A stretch of 62,964 nucleotides of DNA, filler included, from Bigelowiella natans CCMP2755 (taxonomy: Eukaryota; Protista; Cercozoa): NCBI GenBank assembly GCA_000320545.1. It is 6 parts of 6 records of this genome, joined end to end, with 100 filler letters (N's around TTAATTAATTAA, not from the genome) between each part and the next. Parts side by side here need not be neighbours in the genome. Positions count along the whole stretch, not along the records: positions 37,513 to 58,869 come from ADNK01002123.1; 5 more parts are not named here. One strand, 5' to 3'. Below the pieces are notes generated by a model, which was given only the letters and a program-made list of their open reading frames with translations, was not told the DNA's origin and searched no databases. Position numbers and translations under genes: made by a program. This document shows, piece by piece, positions 37,654 through 52,477 of this stretch (position 1 is its first letter; each line of letters opens with the position of its first letter).

Positions 37654-37875
37654 CCGCACGTGGGGCAGCACACTTCCGGTGTGCTGCCATGAGTCCCGCC
37701 GGAACCCACGTGCCTATGCTGTATTAATATCTACGTTATCTATATTCTATATCCGCGACAACCCCTTTGTTGTCGCACGTGACTTGTGCCCGCGTAGTGG
37801 TACGCGCTACACTTCCCCCCCCTGCCTACTTGTGCACGTAGCGCCTCGGCCTGTGAACACCTTACGCGCAACATG
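37654..37875 (+). mobile_element. Hairpin-rich dispersed repeat, copy 1 (module A 37654-37812 fused to module B 37813-37875)
   Basis: By eye, A is identical to the reverse complement of 49822-49980 and B is identical to 50087-50149. Confidence 0.75.
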
Positions 37876-38469
37876 CATACACATCACGCGTGAGCATCTA
37901 GAGCATTTTAGTCAACATGCGGTCTAAATGTAGGTCTGATCGATGACATGTCGATGCGATAATTGCTAGCTTTGCATGAAGATATTGTGATGCGTATGTC
38001 GTACAGCTAGCATCGCAGCACACCGCTTGCATGTGCATCATGCTAGCATGCTCTATCTGTGATGTGCGGTCATGTACGCAGGACATGCGTAGCGTCTGTT
38101 GTGTACGCACTAGCGTAGTTCGACCCTTTGTAGATCTTGACATGCTAAGAGTCTCAGCAGCATGCATTGGAAATTCACATGTGCACCGTTCTAATAATAA
38201 TAGACACTGTAACATAATTCTAGACCGTGCTACCGCCATGCAAGCTACTAGCTGCCTAACTCCTCATGTGCGTGCGCATGCTACTCGACAAACATCCACG
38301 GGTACAGCATCAAAAATTGGAGAAAATTTATCTTTGTTATTCTCATTTTGTTGTTCAACCAATGGCACATTGTTCACCAAGCCAAAATAAACGCTTCTGA
38401 TACTACGTTGTTAATGAAGCCTGTGTTAAAGCACGACTGGGAAAGACATTGAGCGAAAACAATGGTGTT

Positions 38470-39465
38470 CTAGTAACCGCACGCGACTGATCCTAAAAAG
38501 TTGAGAGGAATAACGGAACTCAAATCCACAAGAGTAGTGTACTTCCCTGTTTGAGGGTCAAACTGGGTCAGCGGTTGAGTTGATCCAGGACCAGTGCCAA
38601 TATTGTGTGGCATTGCATATGCCTGCCCGTCGGAGCAAACAGGCTTGGGGGCGGAGCCAGCGTTAAGATAATCTGCCTTTTCGCAGGCACCCTTTTTAAG
38701 TGTTGAACCTTGGAAGCTCATCTGACAAAGGTGAGCCTTCGTAAAACTCGACTTAAAGGAAGCAACGAAATCGTCGGAGCTCGACTTTCCAGGGTAGACA
38801 TCATAAACCTCGCCGACGCGCTTTGGATAGTCAAATTTCTGGATAGTTTGGTTCGCTGTGGTATCAACTACGTAAAGCGTGCCTGTAGTCATCTTTGTCG
38901 GGTCAATCGAGTTGGGGAAGTGTGCAAAAAGGGATTTGCCGTCAGACGTGAAGCCGAAGATGTTGTCTCTTCCCGGAAAGGACGAGAAGGGAAGCGATGC
39001 GATCTCGACCTCTGAGTTGTCTGGGAAGTTGTATTTCTGAAGAGAGAAGGTTGCAGGCGTACCGGCCATACTTTTAACTACCATAATGGTGTCCTCATTC
39101 TCAGTGCAGGCTATTTGGTGATAGTTCGACCCGGAAACCCCGGTGTTATAAACCATCTCTCCCGTGGACAATGACGCGCGGAGAATACCAGCAGAGGCTG
39201 GAACATTCGTCCAAGCTGCATAGTAAGAGTCCCCGCAGACCACGGAGGCAGAGAGCACAGCGGTCATTGCTGAGGTCACGGAATCGATTTTGGCCACAGT
39301 GGAATAAGTTGCCTTGTCGAGATCGTACAGGAGAACGGAACTTGTTCCAGGAACTGTTTGCGTGTTATTGAACAGATATAGGGTCTTACTGGATCCCTTT
39401 GACGCCATGGAGGAGGCGATGAGGAGGAAGGCGAAGATCATGGTGCCTATTTGACTTGCGCGCAT
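38470..39465 (-). CDS. Intronless secreted protein of unknown function, possibly a beta-propeller
   Basis: 331-aa ORF with a signal peptide (MRASQIGTMIFAFLLIASSMAS), beta-strand/Asp repeats (LLYDLDKAT, LYVVDTTAN, LTQFDPQTGKY) and several Cys. Confidence 0.75.
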   Translation of the reverse strand: MRASQIGTMIFAFLLIASSMASKGSSKTLYLFNNTQTVPGTSSVLLYDLDKATYSTVAKIDSVTSAMTAVLSASVVCGDSYYAAWTNVPASAGILRASLSTGEMVYNTGVSGSNYHQIACTENEDTIMVVKSMAGTPATFSLQKYNFPDNSEVEIASLPFSSFPGRDNIFGFTSDGKSLFAHFPNSIDPTKMTTGTLYVVDTTANQTIQKFDYPKRVGEVYDVYPGKSSSDDFVASFKSSFTKAHLCQMSFQGSTLKKGACEKADYLNAGSAPKPVCSDGQAYAMPHNIGTGPGSTQPLTQFDPQTGKYTTLVDLSSVIPLNFLGSVACGY

Positions 39466-39738
39466 GGTTACTAGGTTAATGATATTCTTGTTAATGACGT
39501 TGATAATGAAACCGCCGAAAACAGATGGGCATTTTATTCAGTTTAGTCATCATTTTACATGTCGCAACATCAGAATGGATCCTTTTACCGGGGTATTTGA
39601 CCGGGTACCCTCTAAGACCTGTCTGTCATTTCATCCCGCCTTCTCGAAATGGGATGCAGTCCATCCATGCTTTGTTTTTGGACCGATTATTTTGCGCAAA
39701 ACACGTGAATTAGTCAAAAAAGAGCATCAAAGTGCGTA

Positions 39739-40960
39739 GTGGATCACACGTCAGGGATCCGCACGGACGTCACGTTCGATTTGCAGGGCTTCCTGCACAT
39801 GCCTGCGTCCACGTGCGATGATTTTCCCTTGCAGCAGCGTGCGATGCAACTGCGACAATGGATCCATCATTGCGCAACATCGAATTCCAGAAACACCCAG
39901 AGAAAGCTCAACGCTGAGACACGTGCATGCATCGTGATGCGTCGTCGGCATGCACGCACGCTGCATGCAGCACATGAGATCACGCAGCTGTGCAGCATCA
40001 ACTGCTTCGATGACTCTTTCCAGCAAAATCGGTGTGCAAGCAAAATCGGTTTTTTGACATTGCAAAAACGGATTTTGCATGTCCAAAATCGATGTTTTGA
40101 CCAGAATCGGTGAATCACCGATATTTCGTGCAAAAATGAAGTTTTTAACCGACACGTGTGCGTGAAAATGCCCTGCACAAGCCGGGTCTGAAAGGGGCGA
40201 CTCTGACAGAGTCATCAAACCTGCACAAGTGGGGTTGCGTGTCCTCACAAGCAAACAACACACAAACTAACCACGTCCACCACGTCTGCTCTCCACGCCA
40301 AAAAACAAGTTGTGGAAAGAAGCGGAAGCTCATCGTGCTAGCGTGGTGGACAAGAGCAAACACTGGAACACAGGCACGTTCCTGCGCGTGTGGGTTGGGA
40401 TTGGGGGGGGTGCCAATCAGCACTGTGACCAACTTGCACGCAAAAAAGATTTTGCACGGTGCAAAATTGATTTTGCAATGTCAAAGAACCGATTTTGCTT
40501 GCACACCGATTTTGCGGGGAAGTGGTGCCTGTGAACTTCTAGACTTGTCGATGTCGCAGAATTGAATGATTTCGAGCAATGAAGCAGACATCCATGCACG
40601 TCGTGTGCACACGTTTGGTGGTGAATTTCACACAGTGCCAGATTGGCGGTGCGTAGCTGTAGCAAAATGCACCGCTGACATGCACGCACACACAAAATGA
40701 GCTCAAAACCAAGCCTCTGCTGACAGTGACATGCAAGCCATGCACTCGATCATGAATGCGAATGATGTCCCACACATCCACGTCGTACGTGTGGTCCGCC
40801 ACCGCCCGTACCATCATGGATCAGACACCAAGTTGCGACTTTGTGTCTTGCATCATGGGGATACAAGTTGTTGCATGGTTCATCGATCTCGCAGACAGCA
40901 AAGTTGTGGTGTCACTAGTTGGAATTACGCATTGCCGCTTTTCAGTCGTCATTTCATTGT
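39739..40960. repeat. Strongly TpA-depleted repeat block
   Basis: Only 5 TA dinucleotides counted in 39740-40620; CpG is abundant. Confidence 0.8.
40023..40515. mobile_element. MITE-like non-autonomous element with ~55-bp terminal inverted repeats
   Basis: Left end gcaaaatcggtgtgcaagcaaaatcggttttttgacattgcaaaaacggattttgca; reverse complement of the right end gcaaaatcggtgtgcaagcaaaatcggttctttgacattgcaaaatcaattttgca. CAAAATCG motifs are reiterated. Confidence 0.72.
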
Positions 40961-40974
40961 TCACATGCGGTGTG

Positions 40975-41791
40975 TCACATTTCTTCTACACTCGCAAACA
41001 TGCCTGGAGAGGCACCATCTATGTGAGTTACATACTCACATTCGGTAAGTAAGAAGTCTTTTGTTTCGTCTATTGAATCCTCGTCAGCTACTAGCTCTGC
41101 AACGATTGTTTGGGAATCCAACACGCATTTTTTCCCTGGTACATCTTGTATCACGCCGAGGAGGTTTCCTGCAAAAGGGGCTGTGACGGTTGTGGATCCT
41201 GTCACGGTGTTCCACACGGTGTGGTAGAGTTCTGGAAGAAATATCACAACAACAGCAGCGGTAACAGCAGCAGAATATCCTCTCATGAAAAACTCTTGTC
41301 TGACTTCGGTTAGATGAAAAAAATAGAGGAGGCGATGTGCGATCAACCAATATCAACCGACAAGTCATTAGTTATGGGGCGTGACCATCAGCAGAAGTAA
41401 TTTGATGTCCTTCCCACTCAATGCGAAATAGTTGGTCGCCTCTTCCAATTGGGGCTTCTTGGTTCCATAGCGGAACCACGGAAACGACATCGCCTATGTC
41501 ATCGATGCCTCGTTCTGTAAACCCGATTTTGATGTTGTATAGCTCCTTGCGACTGGCTGATTTCGCTGCCCTCCCAGCCGTAGTTTCCATGGCCGTAATA
41601 TTCACCCAGATATGCGAGGAGGGGCAAAACATGCGATGAAAGCGACGTCCCGCCATTCTCCCTCGCATGCACGCAGGCCTCCCTTCGATCTCAGATGAGT
41701 GGCCCTTTTTTTGTCGGATGTTCTCCGGACGTGCACAGTTCAGATATAAACGTCTTCTTCGGCGCCCATATGCTTCTAAAAAGCAGGCCAT
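40975..41791 (-). CDS. Glycine-cleavage H-protein-like protein lacking the lipoyl lysine; intron 41232-41385
   Basis: SHIWV..IKIGFTERGIDDIGDVVSV..IGRGDQLFRIEW..|..TVTGSTTVTAPFAGNLLGV..LLTECEY aligns with GcvH HEWV..VGITDYAQ..LGDVVFV..ESVKAASDIYAPVSGEV..LM...Y. Confidence 0.68.
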
Positions 41792-41865
41792 TCTTCCTCA
41801 AATCCGGACCGGGAAGGCATCAGAACGGAATTTCCTAAAATTCTAGAAATCCTAGCGATGTTACG

Positions 41866-46895
<5,030 letters not shown>

Positions 46896-47536
46896 TCTTA
46901 ATCGTAAGATACTCGTGACGCTTTACCCAGATTTGTATTGATTGGCTCGGGCGTGATCCATTTGCATGGATAGGGCACTCAGCCATACGCAATATTTGTA
47001 GCATGCGTGAGGCCGCGGCTCTATCTATAGCACGTACGTTACATGCATATGTGTGAGCACATCGCATGATGTTTCGTAGCTACCATTCACGCGCATGCAG
47101 TTTCAAGATCGACTTATCAAGTGCAGCTGGAAAGATGAGCAATGTGCACAGATTGAACGTGCTGCATTCACCGAACTGCGTAGATATAACGGATGCTCTA
47201 CAATACTTATTTCGTATGTGTACGCGTTTACACAATGTCTAAAGAATGTACATGTGCGCTTGCCAACCCAACGGGATGACATAGATGCAAAATCCATTGA
47301 TCATGTACTCATGTACACTATACATGTACTGTAAAAATGAGAGAAGGAAGGGGCAGAGAGAGAGAGGGAAAGAGCGGAAAAGGGATTTCCTATTGAAGCT
47401 CACATATTTCTTACGTCCAGAAAATATAATAAAAGTTGGGTGAATGTGCAAATAGTCAATGTGCATGGATAACGGTAGCAATTAAATTTTATGGTTTATT
47501 TACTTTGAACATTTCTAATAAGAAAGCGTTTCTATC

Positions 47537-47656
47537 TTAATCCTTTTTCGTCTCCCTGGCAGAAGATTGAATCCAGTGGAACACTGCTATCAAGAAGAAT
47601 ATTGTCACTCCCAGGACATTGACAAATGTCATCAAAGGCCGTGTTTCGGGATCCAT
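47537..47656 (-). CDS. OST4: Oligosaccharyltransferase subunit 4 (39-aa microprotein; missing from the ORF track)
   Basis: MDPETRPLMTFVNVLGVTIFFLIAVFHWIQSSARETKKD* matches the OST4 pattern L..F.N.LGV..F.L....H in both size and single-TM profile. Confidence 0.8.
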   Translation of the reverse strand: MDPETRPLMTFVNVLGVTIFFLIAVFHWIQSSARETKKD

Positions 47657-48388
47657 ATCTGAACACGAACGAAGAAACAAACCAAGTTTACAGTAATTTC
47701 CTTAGAGTAGTGATATTTCACAGCAAAGTCATGGGGCTAACGACAGTAAAGCAGTAGTGAATCTAAAGCTTCCATACCCAAACAACCCCTACCAAAAATT
47801 TATCCAAATCTACAAGTGCAATAGGAGAGCGCCAGAAGGGCTCTATTTTAGCACGCTATTTGATCCTATTTTCCCCCACTCCCCCGCACCTTCGTGTCTA
47901 TCCTCGCCACTTCCAGAACTGCATATACATATTACAGATCATATTTTACATGCGACATGAATTTGAATTAGATATATTGAAGAAATGCCATTTTTGTCGT
48001 ACACTATCTTTTGTATGATGTCTACTCACTGCGACAAAGACCAAAAAAATCAAAAGCCAACGCATTTCCTTACTTGGACGACGACAATGAAAAAGGAACA
48101 ATGCTTCTATGAAATACACTAGTTTTCGAATAGGATACAGATGTAGTCGAATTGAAGGTAGAGTCAATATGTCTGGGCCAAAAAGAGGCAATTGGGTTGA
48201 ATTCGCCGATTCAATTCCCCGATTCCGCATGGAATTCAGGCATAAAAAGCAGCAGAGAAGCAGAAACGCTTAGTATATTTATTAAGCGACATTCATATGT
48301 GTCAGTCGGACTAGTAAATATTGGTTGATTTTGGATTACAACTGCGCGTCACTTCTCTGGGCCTTTGCCTCACCCCCCACACGCAACC

Positions 48389-48969
48389 ATGGGAAAGGAT
48401 AGTAAGGATAGAAAAACAATGGAGCCTAGAGTGGTGGAATGCACCATCAACCTCAACAAGCGTCTCCACAAGACGTAAGACCCCACTTTGTATTTTTAAA
48501 AGGAAGCAGATTCCGTAGTTTACAGCCATAGCGTAGAGCAATGTGGTTGGACTACAGATGAAGGCGACGAAAGCTTTTTATTTTGATATCATATTTGGGA
48601 ATAGTATTCGGGAGAGGGCAGATGTAAAAGGGGTGTTGCCGATTTAACTAATAAGTTTTGTATCCCTGGAGTTGATGATACTTTTTCTGCCTCAGCACGT
48701 TCAAGAAGAAGGCTCCTAAGGCCATCAAAGTTGTCAAGCTTTTCGCACAAAAGATGATGAAAACAGACGATGTTCGTGTCGATGTACAGCTTAACAAATT
48801 CCTTTGGTCGAAAGGAGTCCGTAACGTACCTAAGCGTGTCCGTGTGAGACTCAACCGTAAGCGCAACGAGGACGAGGAGGCTGCTGACCAATTCTACACA
48901 CACGTGACCTACGTGAAGGTGGAGAGCTTCAAAGAGCTCGAAACCAAGCTCGTAGAAGATGAAGCATAA
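48389..48969 (+). CDS. RPL31: 60S ribosomal protein L31 (eL31); intron 48475-48695
   Basis: MGKDSK..VECTINLNKRLHKT|TFKKKAPKAIKVVKLFAQKMMKTDDVRVDVQLNKFLWSKGVRNVPKRVRVRLNRKRNEDEEA. Confidence 0.97.
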
Positions 48970-49813
48970 GTTCGTTCATAGAAGATACATGGGGCAGATC
49001 GCTTTCTGTTTGCAGTAGACCGCTGTTGAAAATGGGAAAATCGAATGATGGAATGTTGTTAGTAGCAGCAGCGGGAGCGAGCAATGTTAGTTTCTTGCTG
49101 ACCCTTCGGGCAGAAATAGCACGCATGGGATTTGCAGAGGGAATTGAAACAGTTTGTCGTCATGTATCATGAATGTAATCGATCCAAATAAAGTCTTAAC
49201 TCACTACAAACATACTCGAACCATCTATAGAGCATTTTATTTTTATTTGTGTACAACACGCTGTGTACTTGTATATATTTGTGAACACGTAGACATATTA
49301 CAGTGTGGTTGTGTGTGCGTTTGCGTGTGTAGAGAGAGAGAGTGAAAGAGAAAGGGAGAGAGAGAGAAGATAGAGTTAGGTGTTAAAGTATCGTGACTTT
49401 ATCAACTATGATCGTGTGCTTCGTTCACATTTATTTTCATCTAGTCCTTTAGCCATTGAGACTGTACACACACGAGTCATTGATACCACGCATGAACGCG
49501 CACAGGCATGGCATACGTGTATTCAACATATGCTCCGCCTACGACACAATACACTTCATTCGCACAGCGGCTGCCCATCTCGACAGACATGCACAAATTC
49601 TAGCTCGCCGCATGCAAGAACAAATGATCATTTGATGAATTCACATTGCGTGCGCATGCAAAAGCTAGCTAGCTAGCTAGACACACGTACAGCAAATGTG
49701 CACTACACATGCAACACACAGCAACATGTCAATGCACATTTGGACACGCATGTATGCTATCATCAGCATGACACGTAGCGTCACACAGCATCGCATGCGC
49801 GCTGCATGCATGT

Positions 49814-50170
49814 GCTAGTGTGTGTAGCGCGTACCACTACGCGGGCACAAGTCACGTGCGACAACAAAGGGGTTGTCGCGGATATAGAATATAGATAACG
49901 TAGATATTAATACAGCATAGGCACGTGGGTTCCGGCGGGACTCATGGCAGCACACCGGAAGTGTGCTGCCCCACGTGCGGCGGCATTCGCGAAAGCTTCG
50001 CGAATGATTACGCAGTGCACGATTTAATAAAAATATAATCTTTAATAAAAATAAACACAACTCTTCAAAAGGAAGCAAACGTGCCTTTCCCCCCCCTGCC
50101 TACTTGTGCACGTAGCGCCTCGGCCTGTGAACACCTTACGCGCAACATGTGGGGCGCCAGCTAGTGTGTG
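49814..50170. mobile_element. Hairpin-rich non-autonomous element, copy 2 (A inverted, spacer, B), flanked by the 11-bp direct repeat GCTAGTGTGTG
   Basis: The direct repeat lies at 49814-49824 and 50160-50170. The inner ends tagcgcgtaccac and gtggggcgcca are imperfectly inverted. Modules A and B are shared with 37654-37875. Confidence 0.7.
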
Positions 50171-50684
50171 CAATTCCGCCTGTGAACGGGTGGACGTAAT
50201 CGCAGATTTGGAACCAGAGCGAGATTGAATGTGAACATGAATTCAGCATTGATTCTTGGTCACCACATGTGCAGTGCATGCACGGGATCGCTAGATCGAA
50301 TCATCGAACAGGACAAACAGATCGACAATCATTCGGCGGCAAGGCGATGTCGGTTTGTCGCACCTAGCCAAAATCCAAGTTAATAATTAGAAATCCATGT
50401 TTTTTCCTTGTCGCATGTACAAAACGGCATTGTTTTGTCCAATCTTACAACGACTTCGTGCAACAACGTCCTGGAACCCTCCCTCCCCCCCTTCTTTCTA
50501 CCGTGCGCGCAGAGTTGGGGACTATTCACGATCGGATTGACACAGGAGGGACGGATTGATAGGTTCGAATGCGGCGGAGGGCTGGCGCCGGCCATGCTGC
50601 CGCTACCAAGGACGGACGAGAAAGAAGCACATCCGATCGATTGGGGAACCCTATTAGTCGATGCATCAGAGCTCGGAATTCGAC

Positions 50685-51534
50685 GATGGCATTATTATCC
50701 GGATGGACAAAGTTTGTCCCCCATATTCTTTTCGTAATCGCAGTTGTACTTTCCACACTGCTGCTTCTCGTCAAGAATGGAGCTTTCTTCACCGACTGGG
50801 AGACTTCGACAACTGCAACGTCTAAACAATCGATGCTGCCGGGAAAGCTGCCCAATCTTCCAGATCAGGACAGGAAGAGGAAGGGGGGTACGCTGGACCA
50901 GCTTCATCGACATTTGACCCCAGTCAAAGAAGTACCCTGACTAAACTATCCAATATCCGAAATTATACTTATTCGAAGACACGTCGTTTGCATTCCATAG
51001 TGAAATCCTGAAATCCAAACACACACACACACAACGGTGAATCGCTACTCAGAGTCTTATCACGCCATGCAGGCAGCTAAAGAAGAGACTGTGATTACGG
51101 TTAACATGGACCTCCTGAGTGAACCGATGGTTTTCCGGTCAAATACATGCTATATTTTTTATGTATTTCGAGCACATTCTATCCTTAAAGATAGAGAGGG
51201 GAGGAGGGGGGGGAGCTATGTATGTATGCTTGCACGGATATTCTGCACTGTTTACTTTATGTTCGAGGTAGTGTTTGAAATAGAATAAATCGGAAAAACG
51301 ACAAAATAGTGCACAGCAATCAATCACAAATTTACATCAAAGAACGTCACTATCGATTGTGCGGACTGTGTATGCATAGATCACGGTTTATCTCCCCATT
51401 AAATGCGTCGTCCCTGGCCTCTCTACCTCCCTTTTCCATTTCCAACCTGAAGCTATCATCACACTCTAATATCTTCTCCTACATCCTTCCACCAAACAAG
51501 GAGGTTCCTCATTTATGTATATTATATTCTAATT

Positions 51535-51591
<57 letters not shown>

Positions 51592-52310
51592 CCTCTATAA
51601 TACTAAATACAAACATATAATTTTCTCTCTCTCTCTATATATATATATATATCTTCTACATATATATATATATATATATATTATAAATATACATATTCGA
51701 TATGTTGATAGCGGAAATAAATATATGTGCAGGTTTGGAGCTCTCAGCGTCCAGGGCCATACCATAGCTACTCACTCCTCCCATCTCTCGACTCTGGAAA
51801 CTTTTCATGGTTTTTCTCGGACTTCAACGTAGCTGCTCCGCCCTTCCGCTACTGTGCGATCAGGCAACGAAGCTCCGTTGCGTGGGACAAACTATACAAG
51901 CACATTCAAGCGGGAGGCGTGTTGGAGGCTGTTTGTGGAAGTGGTGGCCATTGCGCGGCCTTCTATGGTGGATCCTCCTCCTCCTCCTCCTCCTCCTCAT
52001 CGTCACCCATCCCCTCTCGTGCTGGGGAGGAGGAGGGTGGTGCGGTGCAGGAGCGCATTTGGCTTCATTCAGCAGGGGCTACTGCACAGCTTCACATCGA
52101 CTATCAGCATAACTTGGTCATTGGCAATTTGTAAAAGAAGAGGATCATGATGATGAAGATGATTATGATTGAGGATGATGGTGATGGTGGAGAGAATGAG
52201 AAGGTGGAGATGAACGCGAACATAATGGTAGACGGCTGCTTCCGTATCTTTACAGTTAACGGTTCAGCAGAAATACATAAGGAAGTGCACTTTCAAATAG
52301 ATATGTAGAC

Positions 52311-52356
<46 letters not shown>

Positions 52357-52444
52357 CTAGGGTCCACGTTACTCGATCCTTCATTGCCCTTATTCCTCCC
52401 TTTCCCTTATGAAAGGCTGCTACCCATGATCAGCTTTTCAATTC

Positions 52445-52477
<33 letters not shown>

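Noticed and set aside
39739-41052. Dense overlapping Cys/His-rich ORFs in several frames
   Set aside because: They are a by-product of TpA loss removing TAA/TAG stops; no domain motifs are recognisable.
48510-48650. Possible H/ACA snoRNA in the RPL31 intron (hairpin followed by AGATGA)
   Set aside because: There is no clear pseudouridylation pocket or terminal ACA box; it needs snoReport or Rfam testing.
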